This document shows positions 48,529-58,925 of a stretch of DNA of 64,000 nucleotides, one piece after another. Each line of letters starts with the position of its first letter. Positions within the stretch are counted from its first letter, which is position 1. The notes beneath the pieces were generated by a model. The model had not been told where the DNA came from. It saw nothing but the letters and a program-made list of their open reading frames with translations, and did not search any database. Both the position numbers and the translations under genes were made by a program. The stretch covers positions 33,677 to 97,676 of the forward strand of contig CAWJLH010000011.1 of NCBI GenBank assembly GCA_963843665.1, given 5' to 3'. The DNA is from an uncultured Caryophanaceae bacterium (GTDB lineage Bacteria > Bacillota > Bacilli > Bacillales_A > Planococcaceae).

Positions 48529-48723
48529 GAACCAACCTCGGTGGCTCCTGAAAATGTAGCGATTATCCATGCGGAGGATACTATTGTGAAAGCAAGCTAT
48601 GACTATACAAAGGAATTGATCCGTATCCCTTGGAATGATCAGGTTGAATACTCACTTCTTAAGAAAATGATTGGGTTTAATATTCAGGACAAGGAAAGCT
48701 GTACAATTTTTCGGAGAAAATAG
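48529..48723 (+). pseudogene. 3' fragment of a YdhG/DUF1801 (iron chaperone-like) gene
   Basis: VAPE...Y.YTKELIRIPW...V.YSLL.KMI.FNI.DK..C resembles the C-terminal half of this family; no RBS or N-terminal half. Confidence 0.6.
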
Positions 48724-48781
48724 TAAGATTACCACTTGAAAGTATGCGAATGCTTCTAGCGGTTTATAAGGAGTTAGTGAC

Positions 48782-49490
48782 ATGAGTTTTATAAAAGACG
48801 CGTTAGCAATATTCAAAAAGAGAGAGTTATTATTTTTAGAGAGCAGCAAAGAATCCGAAGATGTGTATAGTTTTTTATTCGAAAAAGACAAGGAATTATC
48901 TTGGAAAGCAGGGCAACATGGTTTGTTCAGTATTACACATAAGAAAATAAAAAATCCTACGCGACCATTTACTGTGGCATCCGCATCTACAGAGAATATT
49001 GTTAAACTAACAATGAAAATGAACGATAATCCGAGTGAGTTTAAACAAGCTATGCTAGAACTAAAACAGGGAATGAAAATAAGTATGGCTGGGCCTGTCG
49101 GGTCATTTTACTTGAAAGAAGACCGTCCTACAATGCTGATTGCAGGTGGGATTGGAATTACACCATTCCGGGCAATATTAAAACAAATAGCGGCAGAAAG
49201 AAAAAGTATCAGAGAAGCCGATACACCTACTCTATTTGGATAGCAAAAAGACATATCTATATAAAGATGAACTCGATGGAATTGCTGATAATACTTCAAT
49301 CAGCGTAACTTACCTTGATTCAAAGGATGACTTACATCAGAAGATAGACAAGTTTGTCGACTTATATACGAACAATGGGAATTACTTTATTGCGGGACCG
49401 AAGGCGATGGTGGATTCGATTTCTAGTTATTTACAAAGTGGAACTATTTCAAAACGGAATATTAAAAAGGATACCTTTTATGGGTATTAA
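48782..49490 (+). pseudogene. FNR-like FAD/NAD(P)-binding oxidoreductase split by a +1 frameshift
   Basis: RPFT, GPVG and IAGGIGITPF in frame 1; YFIAGP.AMV in frame 2. Removing A49211 gives a continuous ORF of about 235 aa. Confidence 0.75.
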
Positions 49491-49605
49491 TTGAATGAAT
49501 GTTACCCGATAATGATGAATCATTTTTACTACAATTGAGTGAATTCATAACTGAGCCATAATTGGCCCGAATTATGCAATTTATGCCGGTCCTAGTATGT
49601 TTCGT

Positions 49606-50805
49606 TCAGGTTGATTTTTCATTACTAGCTTCTACTGGTAACGCTTTCTTGCTCCCAATAAGATACAATAACAATATAATAATCATAAAAGAGGCAGAAT
49701 AACTAAAAGTCATGCCGTACCCAACATTTTTTGCTAGGAATCCAAGTCCTACTGATCCAACGGCCAAACCAAAATCTATAAAAATAAGGAGCATCGAATT
49801 GGCTGTTGCTTTTTTCTCCGGTGGAACAAGAGTTAATGCCCAAGCCTGGATAATTGGATGGATGATGGCAAATGCGATTCCGAATAATACCCCTGAAACT
49901 AAAACCATCCACATACTTGTAGAGAAGCCTAAAAGAATCAAGCCTACAGCCCCTGAAATAGCAGCTGGAATAATAAGGACTCTGTGACCGAATTTATCGA
50001 AAATTTTACCAGAAAAAGCTCGGAATATTACCATTGCAATCCCTTGTGCGATAAAAAACTGTGAAATACTTCCGCCAACATTGATCTCTTTTCCAAACGC
50101 CCCCATAAAGTTGACTGTTCCGGCAATCGCCATATAATTGAACGCTACCAAAATACATGGAAGAAGGACGCGCTTATCGAACATGTACTTATAGAAAGGT
50201 TCATTATTCGTTTCCTGTGGACTTTCTTTTTCTTTTTTAACCGTATTCTTTGTGAATAAACTACACACAAACGAAAAAGACATAAGACCGAGAGTTAACA
50301 TCATCATTGAATCAAATGAAAAATTTGCAAGATAAGAGATTGCGATAAGTGGCCCCATTGTCGTCCCAACGCTTGTTGACATTGCGAAAAAAACAATGCC
50401 CTCACCTAACCGAGATTTAGGAACAATATTACTTGATATCGTAAAGACTAAAATCGTAAGCATACTAAATCCAATACCTTGTAGTGCTCTAATGAATATT
50501 AAAAATCCAATGGAGTCATTTACAAAGGTAAGAGCGATTGTTCCTATGAAATATAGAAGGGAAATAATGAGGAGCAATTTCATATTCACTTTTTGGATAA
50601 TAACACTTGCGAAGAAGCGTGTAATTAGTGATGCTACCATTAAGGTCGTCGTCATGATTCCTGCAATTGTAGGATTATCACTAATCGTTGATACAAAAAT
50701 CGGGAAACCTGCTGTAATTATATAAAAGGAAGCGAACATGACTAAAGACAATAATATAATAATTAAATATTGATTTGTCCATAGTTTAACTTTTTCTTTA
50801 CCCAT
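49606..50805 (-). CDS. MFS transporter
   Basis: 12 TM helices; RALQGIG, P.SRLGEG and GKIFDKFG.R. Confidence 0.9.
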   Translation of the reverse strand: MGKEKVKLWTNQYLIIILLSLVMFASFYIITAGFPIFVSTISDNPTIAGIMTTTLMVASLITRFFASVIIQKVNMKLLLIISLLYFIGTIALTFVNDSIGFLIFIRALQGIGFSMLTILVFTISSNIVPKSRLGEGIVFFAMSTSVGTTMGPLIAISYLANFSFDSMMMLTLGLMSFSFVCSLFTKNTVKKEKESPQETNNEPFYKYMFDKRVLLPCILVAFNYMAIAGTVNFMGAFGKEINVGGSISQFFIAQGIAMVIFRAFSGKIFDKFGHRVLIIPAAISGAVGLILLGFSTSMWMVLVSGVLFGIAFAIIHPIIQAWALTLVPPEKKATANSMLLIFIDFGLAVGSVGLGFLAKNVGYGMTFSYSASFMIIILLLYLIGSKKALPVEASNEKST

Positions 50806-50949
50806 GATAGATACAACCGCCTTTCGATGGCAATTACTAATAATAGTGATGATTTATACGTGGAAATTGCTATTTAAATCATGACAGATTTATTCTTACC
50901 TTATTATCAAGAAATATTCAGAGTTGTTTTCAACTTAAATAAGTAAAAT

Positions 50950-51578
50950 GCATCCGTAGATGGATTACACAGATTTTTCTGGTACCGTGATTTGGAAGGG
51001 AATCTCCTGGATATCGAAACAGCAGCTGTAGAAGTGATTAATATTATAAGAACGATTGCAGCAATCGCCATATTCATCAATTTCATTACACTCGCGGTGC
51101 ATCATTTTCCAGAAGAACGGGAGAAACTGCTATCTGACGATGTAAATTATGCACATATGTTTGTACAAGTAGTTCGCCGTTATTATCCGTTTTTCCCTTT
51201 TACCGTAGCACTTGTGAAAAAAGATTTCATCTGGAATGGCTATGAATTTGAAAAAGGCACATTAGCCTTGCTGGATCTTATGGGATAAATCACGACCCAA
51301 CGAGTTGGGAAAACCCTGATGTATTTAACCCTGACCGTTTTCGTGATTGGAAAGGTAGCCCATTCGGTTTCATTCCACAAGGGGGTGGTGACTATTTTAT
51401 GGGACATCGGTGTGCAGGGGAGTGGGTCACGATTGAAGTCATGAAAATGAGTCTGGATGTTCTAGTGAATTGAATGGATTACGAAGTGCCTGAACAAGAT
51501 TTAAGCTTTAGCATGGTTAGTATGCCGAGTATTCCCCGTAGCAAAGTCATGATCACAAATGTACAGCGAAGAGATTAG
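50950..51578 (+). pseudogene. cypC: Cytochrome P450 CYP152 (fatty-acid peroxygenase-like) remnant
   Basis: [12 protein letters not shown](Y)G.NHDP across a frameshift near 51280, IPQGGG and heme motif GHRCAGE. In-frame TGA at 51471; the 5' half is missing. Confidence 0.8.
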
Positions 51579-51857
51579 TTTTTCTAATCCCTGAATTATT
51601 AAAAGTGAATTGACTTTGTTATTGTCTGATCTAACGTCAATGCAGGTCTCGAAAATCCCACTTTAAAAAATGTACACTAGAAACCAGCTCAACGTATCTC
51701 AATGGCTGTTTTTTTGCTAGTGAACTTCCCGCCATGTCGGGATAATTTTGTTTATTCTATAGACTCAAGCCAAGCGGATATGCTGCCCCATAACTTGAAA
51801 GTGCTTATATGCTTGTCCATATTTTCGTGCTATGATGCAGTTAGTACGGAGGGATGA

Positions 51858-53012
51858 ATGATGAATCATCAACGCTGGCTTTCACAGAACTTTTTTATAT
51901 TTTTTATCACATGGGGTGTATTCTTGCCTTATTGGACGGGGTGGCTTGTCCAGGCAAAAGGGTTGAGTGTACAGGAAGCAAGTCTGATTATGGGGTTCGG
52001 ATTAGTGGCACGTGGGATATCGACGTTGTTCGCCTTTCCGCTGGCCTCTAAATTTTGGAGCAGTCAACGAGTTATTCTAATTTTAACAATAGGCTCGCTC
52101 ATAGCGACCATACTTTATCTTCCTGCCACATCGTTTACCATGCTTTTTGCCGTTACAATTCTCTTTAGTGCCATATATCCCTCTCTGCTTCCGGCAGTTG
52201 AAAGTACGGCTGGCGCTTTAATGCAACAGAAGAATGTCCATTATGGAAAAAGTCGATCGTATGGTTCAATCGGCTTCGTGGTCTCTGTGCTAATCATTAG
52301 TATGCTGACAGGTTATTTCGGTGAGCAGGCAATTTTATGGAGCATGATTGCAGGGCTCTTTTTAATGCTTATCATGTGTTTTCAACCGGCACCTGCTATT
52401 CTGCACGATAAACCGATGGCGAAGGATCGTAAGGAATCACTTTCGATGCGAGGTTTATGGAATGTGAAAAGTTTTCCTATTGTGTTACTTGTCGTTATAT
52501 TGATACAAGGGGCACATGCATCTTACTATAATTATGGATATATTTATTTACAGGACTTAGGTGTGAGCAATTACTTCATAGGCCTGATTATTAATATTGC
52601 CGTCTTGTTTGAAATCCTTTACTTTGCAAAGGCCGATCATTTATTTAAGAATTGGAAGCCTTCATCCTTATTAATCCTAGCAGCCTTAGGATCAACTTTC
52701 CGCTGGGTAATCGTATATTTATTCCCGAATGTGTGGATTTTTATGGTTTCACAAAGCTTACATGCGTTCTCTTTCGGCATCGCACATATTGCATTTATTC
52801 AATACATTACTAAAAATTTACCAAGACAGCAAATCCCAAATGCACAAGGTGTTTATTCGGCCATCGCGCTGAGTTTGAGCACTGCTGTTTTAACACTAAT
52901 CGGAGGCTATCTATACGAGGTTTCCCCTGGACTGGCGTTTTTAGGAATGACTGTGTGCACTGTGCCGGCTATGTTAATTCTTCTAATGACGAGAAAGCAT
53001 TATGATTATTAA
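51858..53012 (+). CDS. MFS transporter (HcaT/MFS_1-like)
   Basis: GVFLPYW..WL, YG.SRSYGS.GF and Q.LHAFSFG..H. Confidence 0.88.
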   Translation: MMNHQRWLSQNFFIFFITWGVFLPYWTGWLVQAKGLSVQEASLIMGFGLVARGISTLFAFPLASKFWSSQRVILILTIGSLIATILYLPATSFTMLFAVTILFSAIYPSLLPAVESTAGALMQQKNVHYGKSRSYGSIGFVVSVLIISMLTGYFGEQAILWSMIAGLFLMLIMCFQPAPAILHDKPMAKDRKESLSMRGLWNVKSFPIVLLVVILIQGAHASYYNYGYIYLQDLGVSNYFIGLIINIAVLFEILYFAKADHLFKNWKPSSLLILAALGSTFRWVIVYLFPNVWIFMVSQSLHAFSFGIAHIAFIQYITKNLPRQQIPNAQGVYSAIALSLSTAVLTLIGGYLYEVSPGLAFLGMTVCTVPAMLILLMTRKHYDY

Positions 53013-53274
53013 TCAAGGAAACGATACCCTAAAGATTAAATGAAATTTGTTAGACGAATTCAAAAAGCCGAATCCTACAGGATATCGGTTTTTTTTCATA
53101 CTCTATAACACCTTTTCGCCTAGAACCGTAGCTCAGGTATAAAGGGATGGTTGGCAGGTTCTCACACAACTCCAACTCAATTTCGAAAACAATTCGAGTA
53201 TAATCTACCTAATATTTAGAATATTGTTGTATAGTACTAAGAGACACGGTAATAGAATGAGGGGGCTTGGGGGA

Positions 53275-54534
53275 ATGATGGCAAATAAGTTACTGACAAG
53301 CGTTAAAGAGTTGCGTCAGCATCTACATGTACATACAGTCAGTGCGGGATTAGTTGCGGCGATTTTTGGATGTACAGGCCCTGCTTTGATAATCATTGGG
53401 GGTGCAACAAGTGGTGGATTGACGTATGTAGAGACGATTAGCTGGATATTTGCTGTTTATTTTTTTAGTGGATTACTTGGCATATTTTTATCATTCAAGT
53501 ATCGTCAGCCAATCGCAGGTGCACACTCCATTGCTGGAGCGGTTTTAGTGGCCGGTGCTTTGACGCATTTTTCATTACAAGAAGCAATCGGGGCATATTT
53601 AGTTGCCCATCTCCTTGTAATTATGCTCGGTGCGTCCGGCTTAATCGACAAAGTGATGCAATGGATTCCGGTCCCGATTGTCATGGGCATGATTGTTGGC
53701 GTGATGATCCGTTTTTCGACGGAAATGATTACGTCTGTTACGATTTCACCCTTACTAGCGGGTTCAGCGATTCTCGCTTTTTTACTTTCTACACGGATGT
53801 TGAAAAAAGTTCCTCCTGTTTTATCCGCATTGCTGATTGCTATTCTGTTAGCCTTCTTTACGAATGAATTTCAAATTCAAAACGCGCAGCATGCACTGAT
53901 ACTTCCACAGTTGATTGTGCCGACATTTAGTTTTGATGCCATTGTGTCGATTGGAATTCCACTTGCGTTACTAATCATCTGTACAGAAAATGCCCAAGCA
54001 GCAGGTGTATTAATGGCTCAAGGGTACAAACCGCCAAATAATGCGATGGCGATGTACGGTTCCATCGTTGGCCTAATCGGTTCATTTTTCGGTGCACATG
54101 CTATAAATATCGCGGGACCTATGACAGCGATTTGTTCCGCAGAAGAAGTCGGGGAAAAGGGTAGTCGGTATGCTGCTGCTGTTGTATGTGGAGGATTATT
54201 TTCGACTTTTGGACTGTTTGCGGGCATTGTCGTTCCGTTAGTCATTGCCATGCCGAGTGTAATCGTGAGTGTTATTGCTGGACTTGCCATGCTTGGAGTT
54301 CTAATTAATTCCCTCAAAACGGCTTTTTCAGCTAACCAATTTCAAATGGGGGCTTTTTTCGCTTTGATTATCGGTATGTCAGGTGTGACTTTCTTCAATA
54401 TCAGTGCACCTTTATGGGCAATTGTTGGCAGTTTGTTCGTCTCTTTTGTTGTGGAAAAAGACCATTTTATGCGGAGAGTAAAGTTAGATAGAGCGAAGAA
54501 CTCAAAAGCTTTAATGGAGGCGACAGAAAAATAA
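53275..54534 (+). CDS. benE: Benzoate/H+ symporter BenE family transporter
   Basis: YRQPI..A.S..GA, Q...VL...GYKPP and N.AGPMTAIC. Confidence 0.82.
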   Translation: MMANKLLTSVKELRQHLHVHTVSAGLVAAIFGCTGPALIIIGGATSGGLTYVETISWIFAVYFFSGLLGIFLSFKYRQPIAGAHSIAGAVLVAGALTHFSLQEAIGAYLVAHLLVIMLGASGLIDKVMQWIPVPIVMGMIVGVMIRFSTEMITSVTISPLLAGSAILAFLLSTRMLKKVPPVLSALLIAILLAFFTNEFQIQNAQHALILPQLIVPTFSFDAIVSIGIPLALLIICTENAQAAGVLMAQGYKPPNNAMAMYGSIVGLIGSFFGAHAINIAGPMTAICSAEEVGEKGSRYAAAVVCGGLFSTFGLFAGIVVPLVIAMPSVIVSVIAGLAMLGVLINSLKTAFSANQFQMGAFFALIIGMSGVTFFNISAPLWAIVGSLFVSFVVEKDHFMRRVKLDRAKNSKALMEATEK

Positions 54535-54791
54535 GGATGGTTCAAATGGTTAAGGAGGTAGACTGTGAAAGCGACTAATCCCAAGGTAGATCGCTTTTAC
54601 TCAATGTGAGTTTGTAGAATATACAAACTTACACGTAATGAAAGATTATGTTGGAGGATTAGGTAGCGAAACAGACGTCGTGGTTGGGTTCTTGCTGACA
54701 ATTATCGAATTATCTCCAATAACTATAATGAAAAAATACAGAAATATTAGTTTTTTTGTATGTATGTAATTGCTTCTACACATATAATATG

Positions 54792-54852
54792 TTGACAGTT
54801 ATTAGATAGGGCGTATAGTTAGCTTTAGTAACAGTTACTAAAGCTAACTATA
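54792..54852 (+). promoter_or_regulatory. sigmaA promoter overlapped by a perfect 39-bp palindrome (MarR operator candidate)
   Basis: TTGACA-N16-TATAGT; TATAGTTAGCTTTAGTAAC-A-GTTACTAAAGCTAACTATA at 54814-54852. Confidence 0.8.
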
Positions 54853-54862
54853 TTATGAAAGG

Positions 54863-55303
54863 GTGAATAGATTGGAAGGTTTTTTACGTCATTTTTTGCG
54901 TCTCTACCGACCATTGATCACATCGCTGAATGAGCTATTAAGTCCATTTGAACTCTCCTATTCGTTATGGCAGGTTATATATTACGTGAAACATGCTGGA
55001 CCTTCGACGCTTGTCGATATTTCAACTTACTTCGAAGTTGAAAAGCCTACCATTACAAGAAGGGTCCACCGTTTGGAAAACCTTCAAATCGTCAAGCAAA
55101 TACCTGGTACCGATCGACGTGAAAAGATTATTCAGCTGACGGATATAGGGGAAGAGATTTACCAAGTGTGCCGTGGAAAAATAACGGACTTGGAGAAAAG
55201 CGTGATGGAAGGGATTCCGAAAGAAAAGCAATCTGTTCTTTTTCAACTATTACCCGAACTACGGGAAAACATTCTGGATAAAGAAGGTCATAATCATGAA
55301 TAA
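54863..55303 (+). CDS. MarR family transcriptional regulator
   Basis: VEKPTITR.V.RLE, DRREK.I.LT..G. Confidence 0.92.
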   Translation: MNRLEGFLRHFLRLYRPLITSLNELLSPFELSYSLWQVIYYVKHAGPSTLVDISTYFEVEKPTITRRVHRLENLQIVKQIPGTDRREKIIQLTDIGEEIYQVCRGKITDLEKSVMEGIPKEKQSVLFQLLPELRENILDKEGHNHE

Positions 55304-56483
55304 GCCAAGATTATGGACGAAGGATTTTCTCGTAGTGTCATCTATCAATTTCTTGATCACACTAACCTTTTATTCGTTAGTGGTGACGATTGCAGTTTAT
55401 GCGGTAGATGAATTCAACGCTTCTGAGAGCCAAGCGGGACTTGTAACGGGTATTTTTATCATCGGGACATTATTCGGACGGTTATTTATCGGACGATATA
55501 TCGATTCGATTGGTCGCAAAAGAACTTTGTTTATTGGTTTACTTTTTTTTACATTAACCGCCATTTTATATTTTGTAAATCTCGGACTTACTTTCCTGCT
55601 GATAAACCGTTTAATCCACGGAATTGCGATGGGGGTGGCGAGTACGGCGACCGGGACGATTGTGGCGCAAACAATACCGGCTACAAGAAGAGGGGAAGGC
55701 ATCGGCTATTACAGCATGAGTGCAACTTTGGCTACTGCGATTGGACCATTCATCGGGCTATTCATGAGCCAGCATACAAGTTATCAAATGATTTTTATCT
55801 TCTGTCTTGGATTAGGTGTCATCAGTCTTCTAATCGCCTTCTTCCTCCATATTCCGGTAGTGGAAATACCGCTGAAAACTTCTGAAAAGAAAGGATTTAA
55901 ACTATCCAACTATATTGAACCCAGAGCATTGCCGATTGCCTTTGTTACGCTAGCAATCGCACTCTGTTACTCCAGTGTCCTTTCTTTTATAAATTTCTAC
56001 GCGATTGAGATAGATTTAGTTGAAACAGCAGGCTTTTTCTTCTTGGTCTACGCAATAGCAATACTCGTCTCTCGCCCATTTACCGGTCGTTTAATGGATT
56101 TGAAAGGTGCGAACTTCGTTATGTTTCCTGCCTTTGTACTTTTTATAGCAGGCTTACTTCTTTTAAGTACAGCGCAAAGTGGTATCATCATGTTGATTGC
56201 CGGCGCACTTATCGGTCTTGGCTTCGGAAATATGCAATCGAGCACCCAGGCAATTGCCATTAAATTGACACCCACTCATCGGATGGGCCTTGCAACATCA
56301 ACTTTTTTTATCGCTCTTGATGCAGGCCTTGGATTCGGTCCCTATCTCCTCGGATTCCTGATTCCGGCAACCGGATACAGTACGATGTATGGCATTATGG
56401 GCATCCTGGTTCTAGCAACTTCCGTTCTATATTATTTCTTACACGGCAAGAAAGAGCGTATAATCGAAGAATTATATACTTGA
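55296..56483 (+). CDS. MFS transporter
   Basis: GRYIDSIGRK, RRGEGIGYY; overlaps the marR stop. Confidence 0.92.
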   Translation: MNKPRLWTKDFLVVSSINFLITLTFYSLVVTIAVYAVDEFNASESQAGLVTGIFIIGTLFGRLFIGRYIDSIGRKRTLFIGLLFFTLTAILYFVNLGLTFLLINRLIHGIAMGVASTATGTIVAQTIPATRRGEGIGYYSMSATLATAIGPFIGLFMSQHTSYQMIFIFCLGLGVISLLIAFFLHIPVVEIPLKTSEKKGFKLSNYIEPRALPIAFVTLAIALCYSSVLSFINFYAIEIDLVETAGFFFLVYAIAILVSRPFTGRLMDLKGANFVMFPAFVLFIAGLLLLSTAQSGIIMLIAGALIGLGFGNMQSSTQAIAIKLTPTHRMGLATSTFFIALDAGLGFGPYLLGFLIPATGYSTMYGIMGILVLATSVLYYFLHGKKERIIEELYT

Positions 56484-56578
56484 GTAAATCCAGATTTATT
56501 GATCGAATCATGCAATGCCCCTCTCCTTGTATTTGTATTAGCTTAGGATGGAAATGTCTAAGGTAGCACAAGCATTTA

Positions 56579-56607
56579 GGATAAAAGCAAAATCATTTTC
56601 ATACACT
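56579..56607 (+). promoter_or_regulatory. sigmaE-like promoter
   Basis: GGATAAA-N14-CATACACT upstream of the yqhV-like gene. Confidence 0.6.
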
Positions 56608-56687
56608 CTTAAAAGTACAAGCGGCGAGATTGAAAAGTTCGTCGATTGCTCGTGATATTGCATGAGAGTGAAGAGGGGGCAATTTGA

Positions 56688-56954
56688 TTGATTGAAAAGG
56701 CGCTATTAATGATTATCCTTTTGCGGATTTTTTCAGGAAGTGTAGATATCACGGCTGCGATGTTTATGTATAAATTTAATGACTTGGAAAAAGCATTTTA
56801 TATTAACACATTGTTGGCATTAGTAGGCCCAGTTGTGCTGATCATTACAACGGGAATCGCATTATTTGGTCTAGCTGAAAAGATTTCAGTGACACGTATG
56901 GTTTGCCTGTTCAGCGGAATCGTTCTCATTCTTTATAGTCTGAAAGCTGATTAG
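56688..56954 (+). CDS. yqhV: YqhV/DUF2619 family membrane protein
   Basis: LR.FSG..D.TAA..M.KFN..EKA..IN..LALVGP. Confidence 0.82.
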   Translation: MIEKALLMIILLRIFSGSVDITAAMFMYKFNDLEKAFYINTLLALVGPVVLIITTGIALFGLAEKISVTRMVCLFSGIVLILYSLKAD

Positions 56955-57202
56955 GAACGAAGGGTTTAATAGAAAGCTACCCCCATTCTCGATGAATGGG
57001 GGTTTTCACGTCGTCTACTATAAGTTTATATGTATTCGCTTGATTGTAGCTAAGTGAGGCAAAACACCAAATACCAAATGCATCTAGGATATTAATTGCC
57101 CGTGTAGAGATTGAAAAATTTACTTTTAGATCATAGTAGGTTAAACTAACGTAGATAATGATTGTCCGGGTTAAGATTAATGGAAAGAAAGTGGTGAAGA
57201 CC

Positions 57203-57682
57203 ATGCAAATGAAGACCGGCGTTGAGCAATCTGTGTACGCCATTCTGTTACTTAAGATGTTACCGGATAAAGCCGTACTGCCTGGAGAGGCAATTAGTAA
57301 ACAAATGGGAACATCACCGACTTATTTTCAGAAATTGTTAAGGAAATTAGTTAGGGCGGACTTGATTACATCGGTTCCGGGAGTGAAGGGCGGCTTTAAA
57401 TTAAAGAAAAAACCTGAAGAGATTCGGGTGTATGATGTTTATCTTGCAGTAGAAGGTCAACAATCTCTTTATTCCCCGAGCGGAATACTGGATGACATGC
57501 TTGAATTGGAACAAGACGATGGTTGCTGTTTATTGACGGACTTGATGGATGAGGCTGAATCCACTTGGAAAACGGTATTGAAGCGTGAAACCATAGCATC
57601 TTTATATGAAGAAACAACTAATCGTTTTCCTGATAAAGTAGAGGACTTAAAAGAGTGGATAATTAGAAAAATGGTCTTATAA
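57203..57682 (+). CDS. Rrf2 family transcriptional regulator (no Fe-S Cys triad)
   Basis: SPTYFQKLLRKLV.ADLI.SVPG.KGGF.L; only cysteines are a CC pair. Promoter TTTACT-N17-TAAACT at 57119-57147. Confidence 0.9.
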   Translation: MQMKTGVEQSVYAILLLKMLPDKAVLPGEAISKQMGTSPTYFQKLLRKLVRADLITSVPGVKGGFKLKKKPEEIRVYDVYLAVEGQQSLYSPSGILDDMLELEQDDGCCLLTDLMDEAESTWKTVLKRETIASLYEETTNRFPDKVEDLKEWIIRKMVL

Positions 57683-57711
57683 GAAAAGGCGCGTAAATAG
57701 GAGTAAACTAA

Positions 57712-58659
57712 ATGGCTACTATTCAAACACATCATGGTTTTGCACGTACCTTTAAAAAACATCACTTAACGCTAGGACTAACATTTCCTTTGGAATCATA
57801 TAGGGGAAGCTTTCCAACGATGGATTTGGAAGCGCAAATGACACTGGCGAAAAAGGCGGAAAAGCTAGGGTTCGCCTCCTTGTTTGTAAGAGATTCTCCG
57901 CTATACGACCCGAATTTCGGTGATGTCGGAGCCCTTTACGATCCGTGGGTTTTTCTTTCTTATGTAGCAGCACACACTGAACAAATTGCACTGGGTACTG
58001 CAAGTATTGTGACAACGTTGCGACATCCCCTTCACGTAGCAAAGGCAGCTGCATCATTAGACAAAATAGCGAATCAACGCTTTTTATTGGGTGTTGCGAC
58101 CGGAGACCGCCCCATCGAATTCCCAGCATTTAGAGTGGAGCAAAACGAAAGTGCAGCATTGTTTAAAGAGTCTATAGCTGTAATGAAAAAAATCTGGGGA
58201 GAATCCTTCCCGCAATTTGAGACAGAGAGGGTCGAAATGCTTCAAGGAGATATTGTCCCCAAACCGGTATTCTCAGATATCCCTGTTTTTGGAACTGGCT
58301 ATTCAGGCCAAACGATTGAATGGTTAGCTGAGCATACGGATGGTTGGCTATTTTATTCGCAAGGGGTTAATGAACAGCGCGAACTTGTTAAGAAATGGCG
58401 AGAAGCAGCCGGTCGCTTCAAACCATTTAGTCAATTTTTAGCGATTGACTTATCGGAACATCCAAATGAAGCGCCGAAACCAATCCAGGGTGGGTTTAGA
58501 TCAGGTACTGGGTTTTTAATAGATTATCTCCGTGCCTATGAGGATGCGGGTGTGAATCATGTGATGTTCGGAATGAAGTACGGAACGCGTCCTGCAGATG
58601 AAGTGATTCAGGAATTGGGGGAATATGTGCTTCCTCATTTCCCTACAAATATATCATGA
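57712..58659 (+). CDS. LLM-class (luciferase-like) oxidoreductase
   Basis: RD.PLYDP.FGD, I.LGTASIV..LRHP and GVATGDRP.EF. Confidence 0.9.
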   Translation: MATIQTHHGFARTFKKHHLTLGLTFPLESYRGSFPTMDLEAQMTLAKKAEKLGFASLFVRDSPLYDPNFGDVGALYDPWVFLSYVAAHTEQIALGTASIVTTLRHPLHVAKAAASLDKIANQRFLLGVATGDRPIEFPAFRVEQNESAALFKESIAVMKKIWGESFPQFETERVEMLQGDIVPKPVFSDIPVFGTGYSGQTIEWLAEHTDGWLFYSQGVNEQRELVKKWREAAGRFKPFSQFLAIDLSEHPNEAPKPIQGGFRSGTGFLIDYLRAYEDAGVNHVMFGMKYGTRPADEVIQELGEYVLPHFPTNIS

Positions 58660-58675
58660 AAGAAGTGGAAGACAG

Positions 58676-58921
58676 ATGATTAAAGGTTTAGACCGAATAA
58701 ATGAATTGGCAAAAAAAGAGCGCGAAATCGGTTTGACGAATGCTGAAATGGTTGAACAAACGGTCTTGCAGCAAGATTATTTACGAGAAATCCGCGGGCA
58801 AGTTCTTAACACGGTTTCAGGGATGACGGTGCTCGATCCACTTGGAAATGATGTCACACCCGAAAAAGTTCGTGAACAGAAAAAATTGCAAGCCAATCAG
58901 GAAGCGGAGAAAGGACGTTAA
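58676..58921 (+). CDS. DUF896 (YnzC-like) small protein
   Basis: RINELAKK....GLT..E..EQ..L...YL and V.DP.GNDVTPEK. Confidence 0.88.
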   Translation: MIKGLDRINELAKKEREIGLTNAEMVEQTVLQQDYLREIRGQVLNTVSGMTVLDPLGNDVTPEKVREQKKLQANQEAEKGR

Positions 58922-58925
58922 TTAA

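Noticed and set aside
53100-53200. Possible structured RNA upstream of benE (AGAACC/GGTTCT pairing)
   Set aside because: Pairings are short and match no riboswitch I recognise; an Infernal/Rfam scan would be needed.
56977-57243. 88-aa minus-strand ORF
   Set aside because: It spans a terminator, the Rrf2 promoter and the Rrf2 start; no RBS or motif.
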